From NCBI GenBank assembly GCA_040397215.1, contig JBBAWK010000001.1: DNA of 64,000 bases, one strand, 5' to 3'. The position numbers and the translations under genes were made by a program. Positions 47,657 through 59,427 of the stretch are shown one piece after another (within the stretch, counting starts at the first letter, position 1; every line of letters starts with the position of its first letter). The notes below the pieces were generated by a model. It searched no databases and was not told where the DNA came from. It worked only from the letters and a program-made list of their open reading frames with translations. The DNA is from Candidatus Limnocylindrus sp. (lineage in GTDB: Bacteria; Chloroflexota; Limnocylindria; Limnocylindrales; Limnocylindraceae).

Positions 47657-48585
47657 GAGGCGGTATTCCGGTCGAGATACCCCTTTTCACGGGCGCGGTC
47701 GATCCCCGCCACAAAGAGGCGTGGCGAGACGAGCCAAATCACCGCGGTACCAACGGCAAGGATGAGCAGGAGCTCGTTGGTGGGCATGGTGCCGAGGATA
47801 CCTGTTGAGGTCGTACCGAGTAGCGCGCGGCGCAGCCCCTCGATCCACCAGGTGATTGGCAGTGCCGCTGCAATGTTTTGCACGGGCCCTGGGAGAACCT
47901 CGAGCGGGAAGATCGCACCGCAGAGCAGGAAGACGGTTGATGAGACGGCCTGCGGATACGACCACGCATCATTTCGTAGCTGCACGCAAACGCCACCGAG
48001 CACGATGCCGAGTCCTACAACAGAGAGGAGCCCGAGTGGCAGCACCGCCGCAAATAGCAGCAGGTCTGGCCCGCCCGCGCGCATTGGCACACCGAGCAGC
48101 ATCCCTGCGCCGATCACGATGAGGGCACTAAACCCCGCAATGCTGGCCTTCACCAACGAGCGACCAATGGAGACAGGCAGCAGCGACGATGGCGTTGCAA
48201 AGATGTAGCGAATCGTGCGGTAGCGCTCGCGGTCGTCGAGTAGCGCATGCGTTGGGCCCTCAAGTGCTGCGCTAACGATCTGGAAGACGGCCTGACCGAT
48301 CACCACAAATCCAATCGTCGCAACGTTCAGCGATCCACCAATGCTCAGGACGGCGAGAAAGAGTCCAAGAAATGCAAGCGGCCGAACGATGAGGAACGCG
48401 GCGAGATAGATCGGCTCCGCCCAGTTCCCCTCAATCGCCCACGCGAGTCGCGCCGAGGCGACAAGGGAGCGAGCGGCATCTGCAGCGCCGCCGCGCAGCG
48501 GGCCGAACCGTCGCACCTCTGGTGCGGAACCTGCGCTAATCGGCACGCGCCAACAACTTTCCACCGGCACGACCAACGCGCTCAA
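47653..48585 (-). CDS. ABC-2 type exporter permease
   Basis: Six predicted TM helices, downstream of an ABC ATPase and a paralogous permease. The start overlaps the upstream gene by 50 nt and may lie further in. Confidence 0.7.
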   Translation of the reverse strand: MSALVVPVESCWRVPISAGSAPEVRRFGPLRGGAADAARSLVASARLAWAIEGNWAEPIYLAAFLIVRPLAFLGLFLAVLSIGGSLNVATIGFVVIGQAVFQIVSAALEGPTHALLDDRERYRTIRYIFATPSSLLPVSIGRSLVKASIAGFSALIVIGAGMLLGVPMRAGGPDLLLFAAVLPLGLLSVVGLGIVLGGVCVQLRNDAWSYPQAVSSTVFLLCGAIFPLEVLPGPVQNIAAALPITWWIEGLRRALLGTTSTGILGTMPTNELLLILAVGTAVIWLVSPRLFVAGIDRAREKGYLDRNTAS

Positions 48586-49438
48586 TGTGGGCGAGCAGTA
48601 CTCGCCCGATCACACCAAAGACGATCGTCATCACCAGCAGAATCAGGAGCTCAACGCCGACAGGCAAGATTCCTGTCGCAGCGAGTTGGGGCACCGCGAC
48701 CTGGCGTAGGGCGTCAATCGCGGGGGCGAGCGGCAAGATGCCGAGTGCGACCACTCCTGCGGTACCCATTGAACGAACTGGTGCGTAGACGCCACCCAGC
48801 AGCTGCATAGGCTCGTTCAATAGGCTGCCGAGGTGATCTGCTTCGCGACCTGAAATCAAAAAGATCGAGGAGAGACAGACGCCGAGCGAATACATCGCCG
48901 CCACCCCCGCCAGAATCACCAGCGCAAGCAGGAGCGGATCAGCGACCTGATACTTCGCTCCGAAGAGGAGCACGCCCGCGGTCGTGATGATCACCGCCCG
49001 AATCACCACCCCAAGGGCGCCGCCGATCGCCATGCCGAGCGCAATCGCGCCCAGGCCAACGGGCGCGGTGATGTAGAGGAGGAGGTTCCCGGAGTCGCGC
49101 TCCCAGTGAAACTGCGCCCCCATCATCCAAACCACGGAGATCCAGAATGAGAGGAGTGCTGTCGCCAAGATCGTGGAGCCGATCCAGGCCTCATCGACGC
49201 CACGAGAGCGGAGCAGGAAGACGATGGAACACATGCCGAGAATCGGGAAGACAAGGTCGAAGAAGAGCCACGATGGCTCGCGCGCTGCACCGATCACGCG
49301 CGGATAGGCGCGTGCCAGCACTGAGGTGAAGGCGTGGCGCGTTCGGCGACCCAAGCTCCAGGTGGCCTCTTGGTGAATGCGCGAGATGAGTGCGGTGGCC
49401 TCGGCGCCGACAATGCTGTTACCCATTGCTCGTCTCAT
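48536..49438 (-). CDS. ABC-2 type exporter permease
   Basis: Six TM helices. Start chosen at MRRAMGNS (49438) or MGNS (49426), just overlapping the ATPase stop. The track ORF to 49543 is an over-extension. Confidence 0.7.
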   Translation of the reverse strand: MRRAMGNSIVGAEATALISRIHQEATWSLGRRTRHAFTSVLARAYPRVIGAAREPSWLFFDLVFPILGMCSIVFLLRSRGVDEAWIGSTILATALLSFWISVVWMMGAQFHWERDSGNLLLYITAPVGLGAIALGMAIGGALGVVIRAVIITTAGVLLFGAKYQVADPLLLALVILAGVAAMYSLGVCLSSIFLISGREADHLGSLLNEPMQLLGGVYAPVRSMGTAGVVALGILPLAPAIDALRQVAVPQLAATGILPVGVELLILLVMTIVFGVIGRVLLAHIERVGRAGGKLLARAD

Positions 49439-50453
49439 CTGATTCGCTAATGCCTCGACCGACGAGTTGCACAAAGACCTCTTCAAGTGTCGGCTCGCTC
49501 TTCGAGATCTCTCGTAGGTGCGCACCTCCTGCAGCAAGCGCACTGATCACACCGCCGAGCGCAGCATCTTCTTTCAGGCCGATCGCGAGTCGCAGCATGG
49601 GCGAACCGACGCCAGAGGCGTCGGTGCCATCGGCGTCTCGCGCCGCGACAGAGATCACGCCGGGAAGGGCACGGAGTGCATCCATGGGCATTGTTGTTGG
49701 CAGCGCATCAATGCCAACGATGAAGAGTGCATCTTTTTGCACCATGCGCTTCAACTCTGTTGGTGTCCCCTGCGCCAAGATGCGCCCATGGTCAACGATG
49801 GCGATGCGATCGCACATCTCATCCGCCTCTGCCATGTAGTGCGTTGTGAGCAGTACGGTTCGACCAGGCTGCTCCGCTTGGAAGGCTCGCACGCGATCGC
49901 GCACGTCGCGGGCGGCCGAGACGTCAAGGCCGATTGTTGGCTCATCAAGAAAGAGGATCCATGGATCGTTGAGGAACGATCGCGCAAAGTTCAGCTTCTG
50001 GCGCTGCCCGGTCGAGAGGGCGCTGATCTTGCGGTCACGAATGTCATCGATGCCGAACGCGGCGAGCTGCGCATCGACCTTCGCCATCCCCTCGCGGTAC
50101 GGCAGGCCGTAGAACTGGGCGAACATCGCCAGCTGTTCACGAACCTTCAGTAGGCCGTACCCAGAGAAGTCACCGCCGGCGACCAGGTTCATGATCCGGC
50201 GCACGCGTGCCGTTTCGGTGACGACATCAAGGCCGAAGATGGATGCGGATCCGGTGCTCGGAAGGAGAAGGGTGCTCAGGATTTTGATCAGCGTGCTCTT
50301 CCCCGCGCCATTTGGGCCGAGCACCCCGAAGAGCTCACCAGGCTCAATGCGCAGGTCGATGCCGTCCAGTGCGGTGACCGGGCCGCCCTTCGCGTGAAAG
50401 ACGCGGCCGACTCCCGTCGCGTCAACGGCTGCAGGCGAGGCCGATCCCGACAT
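49419..50453 (-). CDS. ABC exporter ATP-binding protein (DrrA/ABC-2 associated type)
   Basis: Walker A GPNGAGKSTLIKIL, signature LSTGQRQKL, Walker B LFLDEPT. Start at MSGSASP (50453), preceded by GAAGGAGGAGAG. Confidence 0.87.
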   Translation of the reverse strand: MSGSASPAAVDATGVGRVFHAKGGPVTALDGIDLRIEPGELFGVLGPNGAGKSTLIKILSTLLLPSTGSASIFGLDVVTETARVRRIMNLVAGGDFSGYGLLKVREQLAMFAQFYGLPYREGMAKVDAQLAAFGIDDIRDRKISALSTGQRQKLNFARSFLNDPWILFLDEPTIGLDVSAARDVRDRVRAFQAEQPGRTVLLTTHYMAEADEMCDRIAIVDHGRILAQGTPTELKRMVQKDALFIVGIDALPTTMPMDALRALPGVISVAARDADGTDASGVGSPMLRLAIGLKEDAALGGVISALAAGGAHLREISKSEPTLEEVFVQLVGRGISESDETSNG

Positions 50454-50519
50454 CTCTCCTCCTTCTGAAGGGTGGTGCTGCGTTGTCACTCGGTGGCAAC
50501 GGCGCGCGTGCAGTGAGTC

Positions 50520-50525
50520 TACAAT
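50520..50525 (+). promoter_or_regulatory. Candidate -10 hexamer TACAAT for the pentose-phosphate operon
   Basis: It is the only good -10-like hexamer in the 112-nt divergent spacer, and no convincing -35 was found. Confidence 0.25.
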
Positions 50526-50601
50526 CTCCCTGCAGCACCAAGGCGCACGTGAGCAGCTCCGCGCCGACGGCCTACCTGCCTATTGATGGATGGAGAGACC
50601 C

Positions 50602-52650
<2,049 letters not shown>

Positions 52651-52651
52651 G

Positions 52652-53116
52652 GTGGCACGCCGCCTTGCCGTTGCCGCCGACCATGCGGGTGCTGCCCTAA
52701 AGGCGGCGATCGTTGCCCGGATTGCTGAGATCGCCCCTGACTGGAGCGTCGCCGACCTTGGTGGCGATGGGAGTGACCCAACCGACGATTACCCCGACTC
52801 CTCACGTGCCGTGGCCGAGCGCATGATCGCCGGCCAGGCCGATCGCGGCCTGCTGATCTGTGGCTCGGGGATCGGCGTGACGATCGCCGCGAACAAGTTC
52901 CACGGCATTCGCGCCTCCATCGCGCACGATCCAGCTTCGGCCCGACAGGGGGTGGTGCACGACGACATGAATGTGCTCGCCTTCGGCGCGAACATCATCT
53001 CTCTTGATATGGCGCTCGAGACGCTCGCCGCCTTCTTGCAGGCCGAGCCGAGCAGCGAGGAGCGATACCTCCGCCGCACAGCGAAAGTTGCCGACATCGA
53101 AGAGGAGCAGTCGTGA
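52652..53116 (+). CDS. rpiB: Ribose-5-phosphate isomerase B
   Basis: LLICGSGIGVTIAANKFHGIRA. The in-frame GTG at 52652, one nt after the tkt stop, gives a normal 154-aa protein. The track ORF from 52487 overlaps tkt. Confidence 0.85.
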   Translation: MARRLAVAADHAGAALKAAIVARIAEIAPDWSVADLGGDGSDPTDDYPDSSRAVAERMIAGQADRGLLICGSGIGVTIAANKFHGIRASIAHDPASARQGVVHDDMNVLAFGANIISLDMALETLAAFLQAEPSSEERYLRRTAKVADIEEEQS

Positions 53117-54891
53117 GCGCTGAGCCACGACTCCCCTTCCGCGCTCGCATCGGACGAGCCTCAGACCTGGCAGCAATTGAGAGCACCTTTGACCGCGCCC
53201 GCACTGGCGAGTGGGCGGTACGACTTGCTGCACGCGATGCAACGCTCTGGAGCAACGACGTCGAGGTGCAGGAGAAGATCGCGAATCGTCTCGGCTGGCT
53301 CGATGCACCAGACCACTTCACCACAGAGATCCCGTCGCTCGAAGCATTCGGCGATGCGCCGGTCGCTGGCGCAACATCACGCGTGACCAACTTCGTCGTT
53401 GCTGGCATGGGCGGTTCATCGCTCGCCCCCGAAGTGCTCGCGCGTGCGTTTGCCGACATCACCGACTGGGGGAAGGCGCGTATCTGCGACTCCACCGACC
53501 CGGAGGCGGTACGCACTGCCGTCGAAGGTTTGAGCCCAGAGAGCTGCTACTACCTATTGGCGAGCAAATCTGGCACCACCACCGAGACGCTCTCCTTCGC
53601 CGCCTATGCATACGAACTCAATCAGCAACAGCTCGCTGCAACGGGCTCCACGCAGGAGCCAACGGCAAACTTCGCTGCCATCAGTGACCCGTCGCCGTGC
53701 GTTGACGGAGTCACGAAGGTAGTCAATACAAGTCGCCTCTTCTTGAATCCCGCCGACATTGGCGGTCGATACTCCGCCCTCAGCTTTGTTGGCCTCGTGC
53801 CCGCGGCGCTGCTCGGCATTGATCTTGATCCGCTCCTCGCTTCGGGGAGCGCAGCAGTGGCGCAGAGCCGTGATCCAGAGCCAGCGGGGAATCATGCCCT
53901 TGCACTCGGTTGCATCATGGGCGCGCTGGCACGCGAGGGTCGCGACAAGGCGACGCTCATCGTTGACGAACCAATTGATGGTTTCGGTGCGTGGGCTGAG
54001 CAGCTCGTTGCCGAGAGCACAGGAAAGCACGGCGTTGGTGTGGTGCCGGTTGATGGCGAGCCGCTCGGCGCCGTGAGTGTGTACGGCGACGATCGACTCT
54101 TTGTGCGCATCAAGTTGGATGGCGGCACGGCGCCACGCTGCGCCGATGGCTCCGCTGTTGAGGCACGTCTCGACGCACTCGCTGCCGCAGGGCATCCAGT
54201 GCTGGAGTGGACGCTCAACGATCGCATTGACCTTGGTGGAGAGTTCGTGCGCTGGGAGGTCGCGACCGCATTCGCTGGTGCTGTTCTCAACATCAATCCG
54301 TTCGATGAGCCGAACGTCACCGAGTCGAAGACGAATACGGCCAACGTTCTTGCCGAACTCGCGGCGAGCGATGCGCTTCCAGAACTGCCTGTGAAGTGCT
54401 CGGTCGACGGCCTGCAGCTGTGGGTCGACGATGCGCTCCCAGCCGCTCTCGCCGACGACGCAGAGCGGCTGATTGCCGGTCAGCTCGATCGACTCGGCGC
54501 GCGCGGCTACATCGGCATCCAGGCGTATATCGCCAGCACCCCGGCGCGCACCGCGGCGCTGACCAAGCTGCGCCTGGCCGTGCGTGACGCAACGGGGCGA
54601 GCCACCACGGTTGGCATTGGCCCACGCTTCCTGCACTCCACCGGGCAGCTCCATAAGGGTGGGGCGCCGATCGGCTGGTTCCTGCAGATCGTCGCTGGCC
54701 ACCCACGAGACCTCGCGATCCCAGGGCGGCCATACAGCTTCGGCCAGCTCATTGACGCTCAGGCGCTCGGCGACGTTCGGTCGCTCGCCGACCACGGGCT
54801 CCCCGTGCTGCGGGTGCACCTGGGCGACGATCCAGACGCTGGGCTCACGCGCCTTACGGCGCTCATCGAACGGGTGCTCGCAGTTCGCTAG
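53113..54891 (+). CDS. pgi: Glucose-6-phosphate isomerase (long form resembling the PGI half of bifunctional Tal-Pgi enzymes)
   Basis: SIS motifs VVAGMGGSSLAPEV and LASKSGTTTETLSF. ATGA-type overlap with rpiB. Confidence 0.75.
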   Translation: MSAEPRLPFRARIGRASDLAAIESTFDRARTGEWAVRLAARDATLWSNDVEVQEKIANRLGWLDAPDHFTTEIPSLEAFGDAPVAGATSRVTNFVVAGMGGSSLAPEVLARAFADITDWGKARICDSTDPEAVRTAVEGLSPESCYYLLASKSGTTTETLSFAAYAYELNQQQLAATGSTQEPTANFAAISDPSPCVDGVTKVVNTSRLFLNPADIGGRYSALSFVGLVPAALLGIDLDPLLASGSAAVAQSRDPEPAGNHALALGCIMGALAREGRDKATLIVDEPIDGFGAWAEQLVAESTGKHGVGVVPVDGEPLGAVSVYGDDRLFVRIKLDGGTAPRCADGSAVEARLDALAAAGHPVLEWTLNDRIDLGGEFVRWEVATAFAGAVLNINPFDEPNVTESKTNTANVLAELAASDALPELPVKCSVDGLQLWVDDALPAALADDAERLIAGQLDRLGARGYIGIQAYIASTPARTAALTKLRLAVRDATGRATTVGIGPRFLHSTGQLHKGGAPIGWFLQIVAGHPRDLAIPGRPYSFGQLIDAQALGDVRSLADHGLPVLRVHLGDDPDAGLTRLTALIERVLAVR

Positions 54892-54930
54892 CATCGGTAG
54901 GTACGAAGACCAATAGTGAAGGGGGAGAAC

Positions 54931-55830
54931 ATGCAGATCGGATTTATCGGCCTCGGCAAGATGGGCGCCAACATGGTGAGGCGACTGGTCCGAAGCGGCC
55001 ACGACGTGGCAATTTGGAACCGCTCCCGTGAGAAGACCGATGAGGTCGCAAAAGAGGGTGCCAAGCCGACCTACACCGTGAAGGAGCTGGTTGACAGCCT
55101 GACCTCCCCAAAGCGCGTCTGGGTCATGGTGCCGAGCGGTGATGCCACCGAGGCGATGATCGATGAGTTGATCCCCCTTCTCACTAAGGGCGACACCATC
55201 ATTGATGGCGGCAACTCCAACTTCCACGACACCATCCGCCGACACGAGAAGCTCGCCGGTCACGGCATTCACTTCATTGACGCTGGAACCTCTGGTGGCG
55301 TGTGGGGCCTCGAGAACGGCTACTGCATGATGGTCGGCGGCGACGCTGAGCCAGTAAAGGCGCTTGAGCCAATTTTCATCACTCTCGCGCCAAAGGACGG
55401 CTACATGCACTGCGGCGGCTCGGGCGCTGGCCACTACGTGAAGATGGTGCACAACGGTATTGAGTACGGGATGATGCAGTCGTACGCCGAGGGGTTTGAG
55501 ATCCTCGCGAAGTCGCGCTACAAGCTCGATCTCGCCAAGGTGAGCGACCTCTGGATGCAGGGCTCGGTCGTCCGCAGCTGGCTCCTTGAGCTCGCCGCGC
55601 GCGCCTTCCGCGCCGAAGGTAGCGACCTGAAGGGGATCAAGGGCTGGGTCGCCGACTCGGGCGAGGGCCGTTGGACGGTACAGGAGGCAATCGACCTTGA
55701 TGTGCCAGCCCCGCTCATCACCCTTTCACTGCTGACACGCTTCCGTTCGCGACAGGACGACTCGTACTCGGCCAAGGTGCTCGCTGCGCTGCGCAATCAG
55801 TTCGGTGGCCACTCGGTAAAGTCGGAGTGA
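54931..55830 (+). CDS. gnd: 6-phosphogluconate dehydrogenase, decarboxylating, short (about 300 aa) form
   Basis: MQIGFIGLGKMGANM Rossmann motif and GGNSNFHD. GGGGGAG SD before the ATG at 54931. Confidence 0.85.
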   Translation: MQIGFIGLGKMGANMVRRLVRSGHDVAIWNRSREKTDEVAKEGAKPTYTVKELVDSLTSPKRVWVMVPSGDATEAMIDELIPLLTKGDTIIDGGNSNFHDTIRRHEKLAGHGIHFIDAGTSGGVWGLENGYCMMVGGDAEPVKALEPIFITLAPKDGYMHCGGSGAGHYVKMVHNGIEYGMMQSYAEGFEILAKSRYKLDLAKVSDLWMQGSVVRSWLLELAARAFRAEGSDLKGIKGWVADSGEGRWTVQEAIDLDVPAPLITLSLLTRFRSRQDDSYSAKVLAALRNQFGGHSVKSE

Positions 55831-57443
55831 GTCCGCAAACTCCCGCAGATGGACACGCGACAATTCGTGATTTGCGGCTCGGCCGCAAGACGCGAAAGCC
55901 TGCGGCAAAGAGGGGTAAGAAGAACCCCCTGCGCGTCGGTCTACGCATTGAGCGTGTCCCTGATCCCCATGTGGTGGTCCTCTTCGGCGCGACGGGTGAC
56001 CTTGCACACCGAAAGGTGGTGCCCGCACTCTTCCACCTCTGGATCGGCAACCTGCTGCCAGAGCGATTCGCACTCGTCTGTTTTGGTCGACGACCGTTCA
56101 GCGATCAAGAGATTCGTACGGCGTTACGTACCTCTCTCGATAAGCATGCGCGCATCACCCCTGTAGACGATGAGCGGTGGGCGGCGTTCGCTTCGCGCAT
56201 CACCTACCACCAGGGCGGATTCGATGAACCAGATGCATACGCATCGCTGTCAACGAAACTTGCCGCCATCGACACGGAGTCCGGCACAGATGGGAATCGC
56301 CTCTACTACCTCGCCACTCCGGCCTCATCGTTCCCAGAGATCGTGCGAGGGCTTGGTGCTGCAGGGCTCGATCACGAGAAGGCCGATAGTGGCTGGCGTC
56401 GCATCGTTATTGAGAAGCCGTTCGGCCGTGACCTTGAGACGGCGGTAAAGCTCAACCGCGAGGTTGGCAAGGTGTTCCGCGAGTCGCAGGTCTATCGCAT
56501 CGACCACTACCTTGGCAAGGAGACGGTGCGCAACATCTTGATCTTCCGCTTCGGCAACCTGATCTTTGAGCCGATCTGGCATCGCCGCTATATCGACCAT
56601 GTGCAGATCACCGTGGCAGAGTCAATCGGCGTTGAGGGGCGTGGCGCCTTCTACGAGGAGACGGGCGCGCTGCGCGACATCTTGCAGAACCACCTCCTTC
56701 AGCTGCTCACCCTTGTGGCGATGGAGCCACCAGCGAATCTCGAGGCTGAAGCCCTGCGCGATGAGAAGGTGAAGGTGCTCCGTGCGATTCGGCAGATCCC
56801 AATTGAGGAGGTTGATCAATCGGTGGTTCGCGGTCAGTACGGCCCAGGTTGGGTTGGTGCCACCGAAACGCCCGGCTACCGCAGCGAGCCAGCGGTCGAC
56901 TCCGCCAGCGAAACCGAAACGTTCGTTGCCGCTCGACTTGAGATTGACGACTGGCGTTGGGCGGGCGTCCCCTTCTACCTGCGCGCCGGAAAGCGCCTCC
57001 CGAAGCGGGCCACCGAGATCGCCATCCAGTTCAAGGATGTACCGCAGCGTCTCTTTCCCACGGTTGGGGATGAGCCGGAGCCGAACCTGCTCGTCATTCG
57101 CATTCAGCCTGACGAGGGAATTCAACTCCGCTTCGCAGCGAAGGTCCCTGGCTTGGGGATCGACGTTCGCCCAGTAAACATGGACTTCGCCTACGGCTCC
57201 GCCTTCACTGTGGAGAGCCCCGACGCCTACGAGACGCTGATCCTTGACGCACTGTTGGGCGATGCGTCGCTCTTCACGCGCGCCGACGAGGTTGAGGCGG
57301 CCTGGCGGATCGTTGATCCGATCATCGATGCCTGGGTGGCCGGCCCAGAGCCAGAGATGCCGAACTACACGTCGGGGACCTGGGGTCCCGAGGCGGCAGA
57401 CGAGCTCCTTACACGAGAGGGGCGCCGCTGGCGCCGCCTCTAA
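55827..57443 (+). CDS. zwf: Glucose-6-phosphate 1-dehydrogenase
   Basis: LFGATGDLAHRK and RIDHYLGKE. About 45-aa basic N-terminal extension if the GTGA-overlapping start at 55827 is used. Confidence 0.9.
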   Translation: MSPQTPADGHATIRDLRLGRKTRKPAAKRGKKNPLRVGLRIERVPDPHVVVLFGATGDLAHRKVVPALFHLWIGNLLPERFALVCFGRRPFSDQEIRTALRTSLDKHARITPVDDERWAAFASRITYHQGGFDEPDAYASLSTKLAAIDTESGTDGNRLYYLATPASSFPEIVRGLGAAGLDHEKADSGWRRIVIEKPFGRDLETAVKLNREVGKVFRESQVYRIDHYLGKETVRNILIFRFGNLIFEPIWHRRYIDHVQITVAESIGVEGRGAFYEETGALRDILQNHLLQLLTLVAMEPPANLEAEALRDEKVKVLRAIRQIPIEEVDQSVVRGQYGPGWVGATETPGYRSEPAVDSASETETFVAARLEIDDWRWAGVPFYLRAGKRLPKRATEIAIQFKDVPQRLFPTVGDEPEPNLLVIRIQPDEGIQLRFAAKVPGLGIDVRPVNMDFAYGSAFTVESPDAYETLILDALLGDASLFTRADEVEAAWRIVDPIIDAWVAGPEPEMPNYTSGTWGPEAADELLTREGRRWRRL

Positions 57444-57464
57444 GCCGGCGGGGGCGAGACACTG

Positions 57465-58646
57465 ATGGGCCTTAACTCCATCCTCGCCTCAACACTGCGT
57501 TGGACCTCGAGCGCCACCACCGTCGCTGAAGCCGAGGAGCTCCTCGCTAAGCTCTGGGCGAGCAGCGAGGCGCGCCGCTTCCTTGTCTCTGACTCACCTG
57601 CAGATTCAACCACAGGCGAACCGCTCGCCGTGCGTACCGGTGTGATGAACCTTGCCGTGGTTGCCAGCGGTGCAGAGCGCGCTACGCACGCGGCATCCAT
57701 CATGGCGACGCTACCGCGCAACCCGTCGCGCACCCTCTTCATCGTTCCGCGCGACCCAGAGGGTCCAGCCACCTTTGCCGCCCGACTTGAGGTCTTCTGC
57801 GCCGTCACGCCGCGTGGTGACGGCACCTCCGCCTGCACCGAGCTGCTCTGGATCGATGTTGGCGGTCCCGCGGCGCATCATCTCGCCAGCATCGTGCCAC
57901 CACTCTCGCTCCATGACCTGCCGACACTTCTCTGGTGGGATGCCCCAGTAAACGCGGCAGAGAGTGATGTGCGGCAGCTCCTTCGCGGTGTTGACCGCGT
58001 CATCATTGACGGCGCCACGCAGCCAGGCGACGGACTTGCAACGATTCGTTCTCTCTCCGCGGCGGCTGAAAACGCTGGAGTTGCACTCACGGACTTTGCG
58101 CTCCTGCGCCAGGGGCGGTGGCGTGACTCTATCGCCACCATGTTTGACGACGTATCAGCCGCACCCTTCCTGAACGCCATCAACACGATCTCTATTGACT
58201 ACTCGGGAGGGAAGGGGGACAGTGCCTCCATCAACGTCGTGCGCCCTGCGTATCACGTGGCGTGGCTCGCCTCGCGGATCAAGGCCTCAATCCAGACGCC
58301 GCTGCACCTGGGCGATGACGCTGGGTGGCGTGCCAAGCTCCGCGATCCAGCGCGACAGCCAATCGCGGTTGAGTTGAACCCTGTTGATTCGGTGCTCGGT
58401 ACGGGCACAACGATCGCCGTGCGCATTGCTGCGGATCGACGTGGTGATCACTTTGATCTTGAGGTTCGTGCCGACTCAACCTCCACCCGTGCAATCGCCA
58501 AGATCAACGGAGCAGTGGTACATGAGCGAACCTTCCAGGCACCACGTTGGACCGAGTCATCCCTACTGAGTGAGTCGCTCGAGTTCGGCGAAGTGGACCC
58601 ACTCTCTCCGGCAATTCTCCGCACCATGAGCCTGCTAATCGGATGA
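57465..58646 (+). CDS. opcA: OpcA, glucose-6-phosphate dehydrogenase assembly/effector protein
   Basis: Its position between zwf and pgl and its size (393 aa) fit the actinobacterial/cyanobacterial opcA arrangement. The sequence is not strongly motif-bearing, so the call rests mainly on context. Confidence 0.75.
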   Translation: MGLNSILASTLRWTSSATTVAEAEELLAKLWASSEARRFLVSDSPADSTTGEPLAVRTGVMNLAVVASGAERATHAASIMATLPRNPSRTLFIVPRDPEGPATFAARLEVFCAVTPRGDGTSACTELLWIDVGGPAAHHLASIVPPLSLHDLPTLLWWDAPVNAAESDVRQLLRGVDRVIIDGATQPGDGLATIRSLSAAAENAGVALTDFALLRQGRWRDSIATMFDDVSAAPFLNAINTISIDYSGGKGDSASINVVRPAYHVAWLASRIKASIQTPLHLGDDAGWRAKLRDPARQPIAVELNPVDSVLGTGTTIAVRIAADRRGDHFDLEVRADSTSTRAIAKINGAVVHERTFQAPRWTESSLLSESLEFGEVDPLSPAILRTMSLLIG

Positions 58647-59413
58647 GCGGCCCGACGGTTCGTATCCTGCGCGACGCTCAGGGCGTTGCAGAGGCAGCTG
58701 CGGACCGAGTGATTGAAGCGGCAACCACTGCCGTGGCCGCGCGTGGAGTCTTCCATCTCTGTACCACTGGCGGCTCAACTCCGGCGGCGCTCTATCGCGC
58801 ACTGCGTGAGCCAGCACGAGCCGCCCGCATGCCGTGGACGCAGACGCAGATCTGGTTCGGCGATGACCGCTTTGTGCCACGTGCCGACCCGCTCTCGAAC
58901 ATCTACCCGCTCGACACCCAGATGCTGAGTGCAAGCGCCGATGGCGCTCCCTCACCGCTTTCGCCAAGCGCCGTGCACCCTTGGCCAACAAGCGCCGCTG
59001 ACGCACCAACCGCCGTGAGCGCCTACCTCGAGGAGCTGCGTGGCGCTGGGGTGCCGCATACGTCGGCGGGCTTCCCCATCTTCGATCTGGTGCTCATCGG
59101 CATTGGCGGCGACGGCCACTGCCTGAGCGTCTTCCCTGGTTCGCCCCTCGCCCTCGACGGGGCGCCGGTCGCCGCGGGTGTCCCAGCCCCCACCCACATT
59201 GAGCCACACCTGCCGCGCCTCTCCTTCTCGCTCGGCGCGATCACGGGCGCCCGTGCGGTGCTTGCCCTGGCCCCTGGCGCTGGGAAGGCCGAAGCGCTTG
59301 CGCGCATCTTCAACAGCACAACAGCAGTCATCGACGCGCCAGCGAAGGCGGCGCTGGTCCCAACGGCAATATGGCTCCTCGATACGGCCTCGGCCGCGAT
59401 CTTGCCCTCATAG
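58643..59413 (+). CDS. pgl: 6-phosphogluconolactonase
   Basis: TGGSTPAALY and IGIGGDGHCLSVFPGSP. Confidence 0.87.
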   Translation: MSGPTVRILRDAQGVAEAAADRVIEAATTAVAARGVFHLCTTGGSTPAALYRALREPARAARMPWTQTQIWFGDDRFVPRADPLSNIYPLDTQMLSASADGAPSPLSPSAVHPWPTSAADAPTAVSAYLEELRGAGVPHTSAGFPIFDLVLIGIGGDGHCLSVFPGSPLALDGAPVAAGVPAPTHIEPHLPRLSFSLGAITGARAVLALAPGAGKAEALARIFNSTTAVIDAPAKAALVPTAIWLLDTASAAILPS

Positions 59414-59427
59414 CCTTTGACGGCCCT

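Noticed and set aside
46742-50453. ABC-2 ATPase plus two permeases plus an EamA transporter as an immunity or export cassette of a biosynthetic gene cluster
   Set aside because: No biosynthetic, precursor-peptide or regulatory genes are adjacent. The cassette is flanked by pyrG and the tkt operon, so it is most simply a stand-alone exporter.
53554-55452. 632-aa minus-strand ORF, the longest unannotated ORF in the window
   Set aside because: It lies entirely antisense to pgi and gnd, both of which carry unambiguous catalytic motifs on the plus strand. Its translation is Arg/Ala/His/Val-rich with no motif, typical of a shadow ORF in high-GC DNA.
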